DNA of 59,332 nt, from contig JAEEMQ010000010.1 of assembly GCA_016283295.1 (NCBI GenBank), forward strand, positions 1-59,332, written 5' to 3'. Position 1 is the stretch's first letter. The number at the start of each line of letters is the position of its first letter. A model generated the notes under the pieces. That model searched no databases. It was given only the letters and a program-made list of their open reading frames with translations, and was not told the origin of the DNA. Positions 1 through 11,093 of the stretch are shown piece by piece. Source of the stretch: Alphaproteobacteria bacterium (GTDB lineage Bacteria; Pseudomonadota; Alphaproteobacteria; RF32; CAG-239). Position numbers and translations under genes: made by a program.

Positions 1-1013
1 ATCAGCCCGTCGACAAATTCGGCCTCGGCCATTCTTTCGCCGGTTTCGTAATAACGCACGGTTTTGCCGTTTATTCTGCCTTCTTGATAAGGAATTACGG
101 CATAAGGTCTGCCGTTGGGATAATTGAGGGTGAGCGGGCCGTTGACAATATCGTTGACATAGGTAGCCGAAGTCAGCAAAACGCCTTTATCGCTGAATTT
201 TTTGTATTCGCCCTGTTTAAGACCGTCGACAAAGTTGTATTGTTCTCTGACTTTGCCGTTGGGCCAATAGGTGGTGGCAACGCCGTTTATTTTGCCTTTT
301 TGATATTCGGCGCTGGCAAGCAACACTCCTTGTTCGCTGTACGTGCGTTGCGGGCCCTCCAGCATATCGTTTATGTATTGCGAAGTTTGGAACAATTCGC
401 CGTTTTCATAGAAAATCTGCTCCAAGCCGTCTTCTTTACCGTGAGAATATGAGGTTTCGCGGCGAATCTTGCGGTTTTCGTAAAATTCCTGCATTTTGCC
501 GTGCAACCGGCCGTCTTCGTCAAAATAAAATTCGGCTTTTACTTTGCCGCTCGGATAATAAGCAATTTCTTTTTCGTGCTGCTTGTTGTTGACAAAGGTG
601 GTTTCGCTGACCAAAATGCCGTTCTTGTCATAAGATTTGGCCGGTCCGTTCAACATATCGTCAACATAGGTGTAGGTTTTTTCGAGCTGACCGTTTTTGT
701 AATAAGTTTTGGTTTCGCCTTCGCGTCTGCCGTGAACATAGTTGACTTCGGAACGTAACGAGCCGTCGGCGTAATAATAAAAGGCCTTACCCTGGCGTTC
801 TCCGTTAACATAATTGGTTTCGCTGCGAACCGCGCCGTTGGAAAAATAGGTCTTCTCCAGGCCGTCGGTATGTTTGACGGTGTAGCTGTTATTTATATCC
901 ACGGCTTCTTTTTGCAGTTGCTCGTGGTCAATGCGCGGGTGCCAATCCGTTTTTACGACAATGAAAAACACCGCCATAACGGCTATCAATGTGAGCAGAC
1001 GACCTTTATTCAT
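1..1013 (-). CDS. MORN-variant repeat (YwqK-like) protein with N-terminal membrane anchor; 3' end runs off the window
   Basis: Absent from the ORF track because it has no stop in the window. Manual translation from ATG at 1013 gives MNKGRLLTLIAVMAVFFIVV..., then repeats such as DGLEKTYFSNGAVRSETNYVNGERQGKAFYYYADGSLRSEVNYVHGRREG, still in frame at the window edge (INGKTVRYYETGERMAEAEFVDGL). GGAG SD upstream. Confidence 0.85.
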   Translation of the reverse strand, partial: MNKGRLLTLIAVMAVFFIVVKTDWHPRIDHEQLQKEAVDINNSYTVKHTDGLEKTYFSNGAVRSETNYVNGERQGKAFYYYADGSLRSEVNYVHGRREGETKTYYKNGQLEKTYTYVDDMLNGPAKSYDKNGILVSETTFVNNKQHEKEIAYYPSGKVKAEFYFDEDGRLHGKMQEFYENRKIRRETSYSHGKEDGLEQIFYENGELFQTSQYINDMLEGPQRTYSEQGVLLASAEYQKGKINGVATTYWPNGKVREQYNFVDGLKQGEYKKFSDKGVLLTSATYVNDIVNGPLTLNYPNGRPYAVIPYQEGRINGKTVRYYETGERMAEAEFVDGL

Positions 1014-1114
1014 AATTTTTTCTCCGTTGCGAGTAATCGGTTTGTGATGAAGTTAGCACGAATTTTTATATTCTTCAAGCGCTTTGATGTAAATTAACAG
1101 CTTGATCGAGGATT

Positions 1115-2491
1115 TTAGCGATGGTCGGAGATTAAGGCGCTGATGACGGCCGGCAGAGTTTGAGTATTTTCTTTCTTGAGGGTTTGATAAACCTTGAGTT
1201 CACTGTTGCTGAGCGGGGTAGCAATACCGTATGTTTCGTAGAAACGGGCGCTTTCTTCCTTCATTTCTTTGGCCTTGGTCTCCAGCCCCTGGGCCTGATA
1301 GTATTCGGACAACTTTTGTTGCGCGTTGGCAATTTGCTCGGAATAAAGTATGCGGTCGCCGATATCCAGAACGGTTTGATAAGCTATCATGGCCTTGCCT
1401 TTGGTATCTTCAAGCATATAAATATCGCCGAGACGGCTCCATGCCGTTACGTTTTTGGGCGAAAGCTCGGTAGCCAGTTCAAAAGAGTTGTGCGCCAGTT
1501 CTAAATCTCCGAGTTTGGCAATGTTACCCATAAGGCAGGCAACATTGGCGGCCATCGCATAAGTAAGGTCGCGGATAATGCCGCTCTCGCCCTCGGCCTT
1601 TTGCATTTGCGAATTAAGCAAGGATTGCAGCAAAATCAAACACGAAGCGGAATCGCCGTTCGATAAATCAATCATGGCGTTAACCGGCGTCGGCAGCGGC
1701 TGCTTTTGCGGCGGCAGATTGAATTTGCCTGATTTGCACAAATCAATGAATTTGTTGATTGAGGAAACAACCTGAATAATATCTTCTTCCGACATTTTGG
1801 CTTTGTTATGATAATATAAAGCTTGTGCGATTTTCTGCTCGGTTACACCATGGCCGAGCATACCCAAAACGACGGCCACCGGATTATCCGGAGTATCATC
1901 AATTTCTTCTTTTATTTCCGGCTCGACATCGGTATTCTTTTTATTTCCTCTCGGTTTCTTAATGGCGGCAATTTGCTCTTCTTCAAGCATTTTGCGGCGG
2001 CGCTGACTTTCTTGAGCATGCTTTTGCATTTTTCTTTTAAGCTCGAGATAATCCTCTTCCAAATGCAGATAATCGGCGGTTTGTTGCGAGGCCAGAATCA
2101 AATCGGCGGAAAGTTTCTGGTCTTCTTTTAACTTTTCAAATTCTTCGCTGTCAAAAACCTGGATGAAGTCCGCATCGTTATCGTTAGCCAGAGTTAATTC
2201 CGGTTCTTCCACGGTATAGAACAAACCGTCCGGTTCGGCATCGGCATCTTCCATTTCGGCCCGGCCGGCGCTGAAGGTATCAAGCAGCGATTTGATGTAA
2301 ATCACGATGATAATCAGCAAAAACAGAAAAAACAGGAACAGAACGATAAAACCGTTGGGTCCGAACTCCGCCATAACCAGCTCGTGAATATGATTATAGC
2401 GGGCATAAAATTGCGAAATAAGGTTGTGCCATTCAGCTTCGGGCGGAAGTTGAAACAGAGCTATTCGGTTTATAAAATCCATATTCAGCAT
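1115..2491 (-). CDS. Membrane-anchored protein with C-terminal TPR-like repeats
   Basis: 458 aa; hydrophobic segment FIVLFLFFLFLLIIIVIYI; TPR pattern AHNSFELATELSPKNVTAWSRLGDIY. Confidence 0.75.
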   Translation of the reverse strand: MLNMDFINRIALFQLPPEAEWHNLISQFYARYNHIHELVMAEFGPNGFIVLFLFFLFLLIIIVIYIKSLLDTFSAGRAEMEDADAEPDGLFYTVEEPELTLANDNDADFIQVFDSEEFEKLKEDQKLSADLILASQQTADYLHLEEDYLELKRKMQKHAQESQRRRKMLEEEQIAAIKKPRGNKKNTDVEPEIKEEIDDTPDNPVAVVLGMLGHGVTEQKIAQALYYHNKAKMSEEDIIQVVSSINKFIDLCKSGKFNLPPQKQPLPTPVNAMIDLSNGDSASCLILLQSLLNSQMQKAEGESGIIRDLTYAMAANVACLMGNIAKLGDLELAHNSFELATELSPKNVTAWSRLGDIYMLEDTKGKAMIAYQTVLDIGDRILYSEQIANAQQKLSEYYQAQGLETKAKEMKEESARFYETYGIATPLSNSELKVYQTLKKENTQTLPAVISALISDHR

Positions 2492-2556
2492 AAAAAATGA
2501 CTACCTTAAATCTTTTATCAATTCAATTTATACAATTCATATCCAAAAGTAAAGAA

Positions 2557-4041
2557 TTATCTATTTGCCCTGTGCTTTTCAATCAGAGCCACCAATTCTT
2601 CGTCGCCGGTTTCTTTGGCATATTCCAGGGCAATTTGCCAGTTTGAGGTCGCATTGTCGGCATAATCCGTCAGCTCATCAATCAGCGCCAGGTTGGCATA
2701 ATCGGCGGCCAAACCTTCGCAACGGCGGTGGCTTTGTTCGAGGTGCAAAGATTGCTGAAACAGAACTTTGGCGCGTTGCAAATCCTTTTTTTGCAAATAA
2801 ATCAGACCGAGCAGGCTGTAAGCATTGGCCGTGTGGAAACTGTTGGGATGGGCTCGATTGATTTGCAGAATTTCGCGCAGATTTTTTTCGGCCGCGGTGT
2901 TGCTACGCATTTTGTATTGCGCTTCCGCCTCCAGATACAAACATTCGGCCGTGGCGGAAAAATTCTTTTGTTTACGATAGAGCTCACAGGCTTGAGCGGC
3001 ATCTTTTACCGTGAGGCGGTGCTGCTTTTTCTGGAAGTGAATATGGGCCGAAAGCTGCAACGAAAGGGCGGTGCCGTACGGATTTTTCAGGCGCTTTTGC
3101 ATATCAAGAGCCTGTTTGACGTAACCGGCTGCGGCCGCGGTATCGTTTTGTGCCAATTTGAGCAGAGCCAGCTGATTTGAAATATCGGCGTGCAGTTGCG
3201 GCGTAATCGGCAGTTGCAGCGCTTTTTGGTATTCGGCTTCGGCTTCTTCAAAACGATTTTCGAACACCATCAGCATTCCTTTGGCCGTATGGGCTTTGGC
3301 CAAAAAGAGAGGAGCGTTTTGGGTTTGATAAATTTTGAGGGCAGATTCAATCATGGTTTGCGCAATATCATTGACGCAGCTTATACGGTAAATTTCAGCC
3401 AATATCAGATGGCAGGCCGCGGTTTCCATGGCAAATTGCTTTTTTTGAAAAAATTTGAGCGCAGCCGAAGCATTTTGCGAGGCCGAGAGCATATCGCCTT
3501 CGTGCAAATAAGCATAAGCCGCAACCGCCTTAAAATAGGCCCGTGCGGTGCGGTTGTATTTTGCCAGGCGCGGATTTATTTTTTCTACGGACGCAAGAAA
3601 GACGCGCCGGTCATGCACCAGATGCGCCGTCAGCGGGATATATACGCCGAACTCGCGGTCGGTTATTTGCGGAATATGCCCGCGTTTGCTTTGTTTGTAA
3701 GCCTCGTTGATATCGGTATGCGCCAACAACAGTAAAGCCAGCTCCGGATGTTTTTTTTGCAGAAAAGCAACGGCCGGTTCGGTGTTGCCGCCGGTCAGCG
3801 CCCGCAGAGCGTGTTTGGCTTCCGCCGCGGTGCAGAAAAATAAAATGCGGGCGGATTTATTCAAAATATCGGCAGAAAACAGCAGGCTGAAATTGCTCTT
3901 TTGCTGACGTTTCAAAATGCCGATGCGCACGAGATTTTGCAAAAAGCGCAGGCGTATATGCAAACGCCATATAATCGCCGGCAGCAAAAACGCGCAAATA
4001 AGCAGAAAATATACCGTCCATTCAAAATATTTTTCCGACAT
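2557..4041 (-). CDS. Tetratricopeptide repeat protein with N-terminal TM helix
   Basis: 494 aa; repeated TPR-like helices (AYSLLGLIYLQKKDLQRAKVLFQQSLHL; EEAEAEYQKALQL); GAGGG SD. Confidence 0.8.
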   Translation of the reverse strand: MSEKYFEWTVYFLLICAFLLPAIIWRLHIRLRFLQNLVRIGILKRQQKSNFSLLFSADILNKSARILFFCTAAEAKHALRALTGGNTEPAVAFLQKKHPELALLLLAHTDINEAYKQSKRGHIPQITDREFGVYIPLTAHLVHDRRVFLASVEKINPRLAKYNRTARAYFKAVAAYAYLHEGDMLSASQNASAALKFFQKKQFAMETAACHLILAEIYRISCVNDIAQTMIESALKIYQTQNAPLFLAKAHTAKGMLMVFENRFEEAEAEYQKALQLPITPQLHADISNQLALLKLAQNDTAAAAGYVKQALDMQKRLKNPYGTALSLQLSAHIHFQKKQHRLTVKDAAQACELYRKQKNFSATAECLYLEAEAQYKMRSNTAAEKNLREILQINRAHPNSFHTANAYSLLGLIYLQKKDLQRAKVLFQQSLHLEQSHRRCEGLAADYANLALIDELTDYADNATSNWQIALEYAKETGDEELVALIEKHRANR

Positions 4042-4108
4042 TTACCCTCTGTTAGCATTTTAAGTCTATATTATTTATAATTGTTCATTATATAAGGATT
4101 ATTTTAAA

Positions 4109-6547
4109 ATGGCTATTACAAAATTGAATTCTAACCAACTTTATCGCAAGTGTGATACTTCGCAATTCGGTTTCAGTACCACGGCTGATTTGGAAGAGCG
4201 TCTGTCCGCGTTGGGACAAGACCGAGCCATCAGCGCCGTTGAGCTGGGTATACACATTCGTTCTCGCGGATATAACCTGTTCTGCCTCGGACCGGAGGGA
4301 ACTGGTAAAACCAGTTTGGTTAAGAGAATTTTGGAAAAAGAAGCGAAAAAGCGCAAAACGCCGGACGATTGGGCTTATATCTATAACTTTGAAGAGCCGT
4401 ATAAGCCGAAGGCAATTCGTTTTCCGGCCGGACGTGCCAGTGAATTTGCCAAAGATGTGGACGATTTGTTGGACGAGCTTGCGTCGTCGCTGACGGTTTT
4501 GGTGGAATCCGACGAATATAAGGCGGCACTCGGCATTATCAAACAAAAGTATAAATCCAAAAAAGACGATTATATCAACATTTTGCAAAAGAAGGCTAAA
4601 GGCAAGCGTGTATCGCTGTTGCACATGCAAATGGGGTTGGTGGTTGCGCCGATGAAAGACGGCGAAGTGCTGAGCCCGGACGTTTTTGACCAGCTTCCGG
4701 ATGACGAAAAGAAGCTGATTATGGACGATTTGAATGCCATGCAGGAAGAAATCGAAAACGCGACGCAGGATTTGCCTAAGTGGGAAGAAAAGCAAAAAGA
4801 CGAGATAGATACCCTGCGTATGAAGTTTGCCAAGGCAGCGGTTAAGGAGCCGATTGATGAGCTGCGTAAAAAATATAAAGGTCTGGCGCAGGCAACGAAA
4901 TTTTTGAAATCGGTTCAGGACCATATTTTGGACAATGTCGATGACTTTGTGCCGGAAGATAAGGAAAAGAATCTGATGGCCGGCAATAATGAAGATGAGC
5001 CGTTGCAAATGTTGCTCAGCCGGATGAAACAGCCGGAAGATGACAAGTTTGCCAAACTCAAAGTAAACGTTATCGTTAAAAATACGCCGGATTCCGGAGC
5101 GCCGATTATTACGCTCGACCACCCGACACAGGGTAATTTGGTCGGAAAGGTGGAAAGAATACAACAATACGGTGCGTTGCTGACCGACTTTACGTTGATT
5201 AAGGCCGGTGCTTTGCACAGCGCTAACGGCGGTTTTTTGCTTTTGGATGCGCGCAAAGTTTTGGAACAGCCGTTCGCCTGGGATTCATTGAAGCGAGCGA
5301 TTGCCTCCAAACGCATCAAAATCGAGGCTCCGAGCGAAGATACCAGTTTTACGACGATTTCGCTTGACCCGGAGCCGATTCCGCTCAGCATTAAAATTGT
5401 GCTGACCGGCGATTTTGAAATTTATGACCTGTTGTGCGAGCGTGATCCGGACTTCAGGGATTTCTTCAAAGTCGAGGCCGATTTCGGTACGATTATGGAC
5501 CGCACGCCGGAAAACGAGGTGGAATATGCCAAGCTCATCGGTTCGCTTTCACAAAAGAAAGGTCTGCGCTCGCTGAATAAGCAGGCGGTGGCTCGCGTGA
5601 TTGAGCATGCGTCGCGTTTGGCCGATGATGCCAATAAGCTGACGGCTCACATTTCTTCCATCGGCGATTTGCTGCGAGAGGCCGATTATTGGGCGCGCAA
5701 GTCCAATTCTAAGCAAATCGGCAAAAATCATATCGACCAGGCGATTGATGCTCAGATTTATCGTTCCGACCGCGTGAAAAAAGCCATGCTCGAAGAAATC
5801 GATAAGGGAACGATTTTGATGGACGTTGTCGGCGAAAGAGTGGGCCAAATCAACGGTTTGGTGGTATATGATTTTTCCAATTATACCTTCGGTAAGCCGG
5901 CTCGAATCACCACGCAGGTGCGGATGGGTAAGGGCGATTTTGTGAACATCGAGCGCGAAGTGTTGATGAGCGGGCCGATACACAGCAAAGGTGTGCTGAT
6001 TTTGAAATCGCTGATAGCCAACCGCTTTGCCAAACATTCGCCGCTTTCGCTTTCCGCTTCCATTGTGTTTGAGCAGTCTTACGGCGGGGTAGACGGTGAC
6101 AGTGCTTCCTCAACCGAATACTATTGTATGATTTCGGCGATCGCCGAGTTGCCGATTAAGCAGAGTATTGCCGTGACCGGTTCCATTAACCAGTTCGGCG
6201 AAATTCAGCCGATCGGCGGGGTGAACGAAAAAATCGAAGGTTTCTTTGATGTATGCGCTTATAAAGGGCTGACCGGTAATCAGGGCGTAATTATTCCGCG
6301 GACCAATGTGGATAACCTGATGCTGCGCGCCGATATTTTGCAGGCGGTGGAAGAAGGCAAATTTACGATTTATGCCATCGACACGGTTGATGACGGTATC
6401 GAGATTTTGACCGGCAAAAAGGCCGGAAAGCTCAATGCCAAAGGCGAATACCCGAAAAATACGGTAAATTATATGGTACAGCAAAGCCTTAAAGCATACT
6501 ATAGCGATTATGTACGTTGTGCCAAAGAAACCAACGGCTGTCTTTAA
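4109..6547 (+). CDS. Lon-family (S16) protease, LonC/AAA_32 type
   Basis: LGQDRA, Walker A GPEGTGKT, GALHSANGGFL, catalytic Ser in FEQSYGGVDGDSAS and Lys in IGGVNEKIEGFF. Confidence 0.92.
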   Translation: MAITKLNSNQLYRKCDTSQFGFSTTADLEERLSALGQDRAISAVELGIHIRSRGYNLFCLGPEGTGKTSLVKRILEKEAKKRKTPDDWAYIYNFEEPYKPKAIRFPAGRASEFAKDVDDLLDELASSLTVLVESDEYKAALGIIKQKYKSKKDDYINILQKKAKGKRVSLLHMQMGLVVAPMKDGEVLSPDVFDQLPDDEKKLIMDDLNAMQEEIENATQDLPKWEEKQKDEIDTLRMKFAKAAVKEPIDELRKKYKGLAQATKFLKSVQDHILDNVDDFVPEDKEKNLMAGNNEDEPLQMLLSRMKQPEDDKFAKLKVNVIVKNTPDSGAPIITLDHPTQGNLVGKVERIQQYGALLTDFTLIKAGALHSANGGFLLLDARKVLEQPFAWDSLKRAIASKRIKIEAPSEDTSFTTISLDPEPIPLSIKIVLTGDFEIYDLLCERDPDFRDFFKVEADFGTIMDRTPENEVEYAKLIGSLSQKKGLRSLNKQAVARVIEHASRLADDANKLTAHISSIGDLLREADYWARKSNSKQIGKNHIDQAIDAQIYRSDRVKKAMLEEIDKGTILMDVVGERVGQINGLVVYDFSNYTFGKPARITTQVRMGKGDFVNIEREVLMSGPIHSKGVLILKSLIANRFAKHSPLSLSASIVFEQSYGGVDGDSASSTEYYCMISAIAELPIKQSIAVTGSINQFGEIQPIGGVNEKIEGFFDVCAYKGLTGNQGVIIPRTNVDNLMLRADILQAVEEGKFTIYAIDTVDDGIEILTGKKAGKLNAKGEYPKNTVNYMVQQSLKAYYSDYVRCAKETNGCL

Positions 6548-6571
6548 TTAAGTATTGCAATCGGAAATTAA

Positions 6572-6617
6572 CATAAAGCACCCGGATACAATTTTTGGGT
6601 GTTTTATGCTTATTTTT
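6572..6617 (+). terminator. Probable intrinsic terminator after the Lon-like gene
   Basis: CATAAAGCACCC...GGGTGTTTTATG inverted repeat followed by a T-rich tract. Confidence 0.55.
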
Positions 6618-6724
6618 TCGCATAAAATAAAAAGTTGTGAATCATTTGTTTAAAGTGGTTTTGTTTTTGTCCGCTTGGCATTATATATTAGTCAATCGTT
6701 TAATTTAACTAAAGGGAAGGAAAA

Positions 6725-7015
6725 ATGAAAACTGTTACGCGTGTAAGCATTACCGAAGCCATTTATGAAGAAATCGGATTATCTCGTAAAGACTCCGGCG
6801 ATGTTTTGGATATGATCATCGAAGAAATAAAGTCGGAACTGGCCAAAGGTAATGATGTCAAGATTTCTTCGTTCGGCACTTTTGCGTTGCGCAAGAAAAA
6901 TGCGCGAATCGGACGCAATCCGAAAACCGGTGTCGAAGCCGCAATTACGCCGCGTACCGTGATTTCGTTTAAGCCTTCGCAGATTTTGAGAAAGGCTGTC
7001 AGCGGCGTAAAATAA
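6725..7015 (+). CDS. ihfA: Integration host factor alpha subunit
   Basis: VKISSFGTF, RIGRNPKTGVEAAITPRTVISFKPSQIL; followed by a MerR gene, as is usual in Alphaproteobacteria. Confidence 0.93.
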   Translation: MKTVTRVSITEAIYEEIGLSRKDSGDVLDMIIEEIKSELAKGNDVKISSFGTFALRKKNARIGRNPKTGVEAAITPRTVISFKPSQILRKAVSGVK

Positions 7016-7040
7016 CCGCTCCGGTCGGGAGGGCTGAATT

Positions 7041-7490
7041 ATGATGATAAACAAGTCTAAATCCGCATTTAAGACGATTGCCGAAGTGGCAGATGAACTT
7101 GGTGTGGCAACCCACGTTTTGCGCTTTTGGGAAACAAAATTCAGCCAGATTAAACCGATGAAAACCGGCGGCGGACGGCGCTATTATCGTCCGGATGACG
7201 TGGAAATCATCAAACTGATTAAAAGTTTGCTTTATAATAATCGCTACACGATTGAAGGCGCGCAGCAACTGATTAAAACCAAGGGGTTGAAGACGTTGCT
7301 CGGTGAAGAAGAAATCCAAAAAGATTTCTTTGAAACGCAAGCGGAACGGACCGCCGAACCGGCGGCAGCACCGGCGGCAGCACCGGCAACGGTTTTGGTG
7401 CGGCAGGAACTCAGCCGAGAGGCGATTGAGAGTATTTCCGGCGCGGTCAATACCTTGAAAAATTTACGGATGAAATTGACAAATCTGTAA
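7041..7490 (+). CDS. MerR-family transcriptional regulator (ihfA-associated)
   Basis: [43 protein letters not shown]. Confidence 0.9.
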   Translation: MMINKSKSAFKTIAEVADELGVATHVLRFWETKFSQIKPMKTGGGRRYYRPDDVEIIKLIKSLLYNNRYTIEGAQQLIKTKGLKTLLGEEEIQKDFFETQAERTAEPAAAPAAAPATVLVRQELSREAIESISGAVNTLKNLRMKLTNL

Positions 7491-7506
7491 CAGCTTAATT
7501 AATTAC

Positions 7507-7535
7507 GGCGGAGATTGAATATCTCCGCTTTTTTT
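7507..7535 (+). terminator. Intrinsic terminator
   Basis: GGCGGAGAT-tgaat-ATCTCCGCT followed by a T run. Confidence 0.85.
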
Positions 7536-7731
7536 ATGCCAAAACTGCGGCTCTCGCGCGGTTACACGGCTTTTGTTGTTTGCGCAAAAATCGGCGCGGT
7601 TAGCAAAAAAATGTAAAAAAATGAAAATTTTTCTTGATTTTTGACAAAATATATGTATACTGGCAACAGTTAAGCAATAATCATGTCTATAATTTAGAAA
7701 AACTCACAAATACTCACAAACACAAAAAAGT

Positions 7732-8157
7732 ATGAGAAAGATTGTTTTAGGTCTGATCGGCCTCGCACTGACAATGTCAGTGGTTTCCTGCCAAAAGGCA
7801 GATGATGAGTTGGTTGTCCCCACGGTTGACATCAAAACCCCGGAAAAATTCGCCAGCAGAGGTGACAAGCCGGTGGAGATTATCAGCAAGAACTTCAGGT
7901 ATGACAAGACCGGTTGTACGGGTGTGGTTGAGACAAACTACTGCACAATTCCGGTCCGCTTCGACATCAGGGCAAAGTCTACAAGAGCTCGCGTTGAGGA
8001 GGAAGTGATTATGATTGACCCGTTCTTTGTTCAGGGCGGATATGTCGTAATTGAACTGCTTTCTGCCGATGAAGAGGTGTTAGACTCCCGCCGGGTATGG
8101 TTCGATATTATCGATACCGATGAAAAAATCCACGCTTGGGGCGGAAAGAGAAAGTAA
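7732..8157 (+). CDS. Hypothetical lipoprotein
   Basis: Signal peptide with lipobox-like VVSC; A/C-rich leader without SD; own terminator. Confidence 0.7.
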   Translation: MRKIVLGLIGLALTMSVVSCQKADDELVVPTVDIKTPEKFASRGDKPVEIISKNFRYDKTGCTGVVETNYCTIPVRFDIRAKSTRARVEEEVIMIDPFFVQGGYVVIELLSADEEVLDSRRVWFDIIDTDEKIHAWGGKRK

Positions 8158-8177
8158 AAATTTTTTGAGTGAGAATA

Positions 8178-8218
8178 AAAACATCCGACGGGTAAAACCG
8201 CCGGATGTTTTTGTTTTT
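8178..8218 (+). terminator. Intrinsic terminator
   Basis: AAAACATCCGACGG-gtaaaa-CCGCCGGATGTTTT plus T-rich tail. Confidence 0.85.
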
Positions 8219-8302
8219 GCAATATTTTTTTTGTGAAATAATTGAGCTTTTGCGGGACTTTTTCGGATATTCGTTATTTTGTAATTATTTTTGTCATTCC
8301 TG

Positions 8303-8331
8303 TTGACAAAACTGCTTTATTGTGATAAGGT
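8303..8331 (+). promoter_or_regulatory. Sigma70-type promoter of the AAA+/vWA block
   Basis: TTGACA (8303-8308), 17-bp spacer, TAAGGT (8326-8331) with extended TG. Confidence 0.65.
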
Positions 8332-8390
8332 AACACATAATATATTTATATATTAAAAATTGGACGAAAATAGTTGAGAAAGGTAATAAA

Positions 8391-11093
8391 ATGGCTAAAA
8401 ACTATGCTTATATCGGTTCCGAGAATTGTCCTATTCCGTACATGAATGATGACGGGCAATTAGTACTTCTGCGTGATGACAATACCTATATCCGCCTGCC
8501 GGTTATGTATGACGGCACCCCTGAGGAAGTTCAGGCTAAGGTGCTGGGTAAAATGATGCGTAATTTCCCGGTCAGAAGCAGAATTAACGACTTTATGGAA
8601 AACTTGCGTCGCCGCAGTGACAATATCGATGCCAACATTGCGGGCCGCAATATTTTTGAACAGCGTCGTCGCGCCAAATTCATTAAAGGTGAACCTGGAC
8701 GCGGTAAAACGCACGATTTGAAAACCCTTTGCAAAATGGTGGACCCGCAGGGCGGTATTTACGTTAACTGTAAAGACCGTGATTTGAAGACCCTGATTGT
8801 GCAAACCGTTTTGGATACGTCCAATATCGATGTTGAGAAAAATGCCATTGATGCTCGTATCAAAATGTATAACAAGGGTGATAAGAGCGCTTTATCCGCC
8901 GAAGGTATTTCGCTTTTGAAAACCATGTTTGACGATGCCTTTACCATTGATGAAAGCGGCAAAATTTCGCTTGATTGGAACGGTGCACGCGGCAACACAG
9001 CTTTGGATTCGGCTGATCGGGATAAAGAATTCGTAAGCTTGCTGCAACAGTTCTGCAAACGCGAAAACATCGACTATTCGTACAATATCAACAGCGTCGG
9101 CTTTGTGGAAAAAGACGGCGAATTATTACAGGCTCTCGAAAGCGGCCGTCCGATTATCTTAGATGAAATCAACCGCGGTAAAAACCAAGACTTCCTGTTG
9201 CCGTATCTGGACTTTTTGAACGGCAGCTACGAAGATATAAAAATTACCGGCGCCAACGGTCGTGAAATACACCTTTCCAAAGCAGATTTACCGGATACCT
9301 TTATGTTGGAAGCCACCGGTAACCCTGAAACCGCGGAAATGGGTATTAAGGAAAAGATGAGCGAGCCGTTGCGCGACCGTTTTGATATTTCCGAAATGGC
9401 CGATTTCAACCCGAAAGATTTTACGGATATGTATTGCTCTTTGATGACCGGCGTTCCGGTTTCCATCATCAAAGATGCCTATCAGCTTGAAAATGAAGAA
9501 GATTTATCTAATGTTTGTAAGTTTTTGCGCACCGTGGGCTTAAGCAAAAAAGAAATTGACGCGATTCCGCCGGAGCAAATGATATATTTGGATAACGTCG
9601 GAATGTTTTTGGAAACGGCCGAATGCATCGGTAAGGCTCTGTATGAGGTTTATCAGTTCAAAAAAGATGTGGTGGTCAGCTCCAATACCAGCATATATTG
9701 CGAAGACCAGGTGTTGCGTAAACATATTCAGGACGAGCCGTACAGCTTCCGTATTTTGGAAGATATTTGCAACCGTGCCCGTACCTATATTCCGCAACGC
9801 GCCGGCAAATCGTCCAACAACCCGTTCCTGAACTATTCGTTTGCCAAGCCGTCCGGCAGCAACACCCTGCAAATGCGTTTGCGTAACCAGGGCGAAGGCT
9901 GGGAAAAGGCTATTATGGGCGCGGTTAAAGAAGTGTTCACCTGCCAGGGAATGAATCCGGATTTGGGCGCACAAACCCTAGGTATTGCCAACCAAATTTT
10001 GGGACGTAACGGTATCGGCGACGAAGAAAAGCTGATGGAGGCCAGAGCACTCGACCAGCCGCGTTTGAAAGATATGTTTGATTTCCCGATTCCGGGCGAA
10101 AAGAGCACCAAAAAAGCCAGCCAGGAAGCTCTGCGCATTCAGGAAACGATTTGCAAAATGGTTCGCGAAAGATATCCTTCCAACGAAGCCAAGAGCAACG
10201 ATGACATTGTTGACCCGTTCGTGATTGAAGGCGTTCTGACAACCGTCAGAGAAAATCCGTTAGAACAGCACGCTTTGCTCGGAAAAGCCATTTTGGTTAA
10301 CAATGCCGAAGAAACCAATAACCAGATGCCGTTCCTCAAAAACGCGGCAGTGGTGGAAACGCTCGGTACGGCTTCGCTGGTTGAAACCAAGCATTTGGCC
10401 GATGTTGATGCGTTTTTGACCACACTGACCATCGACGGCTTGTCCGATAGCAATTTGGGCACGATTTGGCCGAGTATCTATTCGATGGACAGAAGTAAAG
10501 AGGAACCTTTGGAAGTTCTTTCCGGACGTCACGACAGAATTGCTTACAACTCGTTTATCTTGAAGGATGCTCAAGATAATCCGATTGCGCTCGATATTGT
10601 TCATGTTAAAATGCCGGACGGGAAGAAGGCCGGCGAATCTCATACGTTGATTGTCGGCGAAAAGATTTCTCCGGTGATGGCATTCCGCCTGAAACAAAAC
10701 GGTATTACCTACATTGACCGTAACGGCGGAGATGTGGTCGAAAACGAAGAATCCGGCAAAAAACTGAGCGTGGAAAAGAGAATCAGAGAATGGATCAGCA
10801 GGGCCGAGGCAAATTCCAATTATGATAATTTGGAAGATTTGCTGACCGCGTCCGTTGATGAAAAATTCGATATTTCCAGCGTGGGTAATGTTCAAAGCCT
10901 CTTTAAGTCGGGTCTGGAGAGCCGCAAGGTGGATAACATGGCACAAATGACCACGTTTACGACTTCGGAACTTGACCGCGGCGTTAAAGATGCCAAAGCC
11001 TTTACCGACGAAGACGGCACCAGAATAAGCGAAGAAACCGCTAAGGTATATCAGGTATTCGCTAATTTGGAAGACAGAAGTAACGATTATTGA
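8391..11093 (+). CDS. AAA+ ATPase of the MoxR/CobS/dynein-related (AAA_5-like) clade with a long unknown C-terminal region
   Basis: Walker A GEPGRGKT, Walker B PIILDEINR, sensor-I LEATGN, Arg finger SEPLRDRF. Confidence 0.85.
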   Translation: MAKNYAYIGSENCPIPYMNDDGQLVLLRDDNTYIRLPVMYDGTPEEVQAKVLGKMMRNFPVRSRINDFMENLRRRSDNIDANIAGRNIFEQRRRAKFIKGEPGRGKTHDLKTLCKMVDPQGGIYVNCKDRDLKTLIVQTVLDTSNIDVEKNAIDARIKMYNKGDKSALSAEGISLLKTMFDDAFTIDESGKISLDWNGARGNTALDSADRDKEFVSLLQQFCKRENIDYSYNINSVGFVEKDGELLQALESGRPIILDEINRGKNQDFLLPYLDFLNGSYEDIKITGANGREIHLSKADLPDTFMLEATGNPETAEMGIKEKMSEPLRDRFDISEMADFNPKDFTDMYCSLMTGVPVSIIKDAYQLENEEDLSNVCKFLRTVGLSKKEIDAIPPEQMIYLDNVGMFLETAECIGKALYEVYQFKKDVVVSSNTSIYCEDQVLRKHIQDEPYSFRILEDICNRARTYIPQRAGKSSNNPFLNYSFAKPSGSNTLQMRLRNQGEGWEKAIMGAVKEVFTCQGMNPDLGAQTLGIANQILGRNGIGDEEKLMEARALDQPRLKDMFDFPIPGEKSTKKASQEALRIQETICKMVRERYPSNEAKSNDDIVDPFVIEGVLTTVRENPLEQHALLGKAILVNNAEETNNQMPFLKNAAVVETLGTASLVETKHLADVDAFLTTLTIDGLSDSNLGTIWPSIYSMDRSKEEPLEVLSGRHDRIAYNSFILKDAQDNPIALDIVHVKMPDGKKAGESHTLIVGEKISPVMAFRLKQNGITYIDRNGGDVVENEESGKKLSVEKRIREWISRAEANSNYDNLEDLLTASVDEKFDISSVGNVQSLFKSGLESRKVDNMAQMTTFTTSELDRGVKDAKAFTDEDGTRISEETAKVYQVFANLEDRSNDY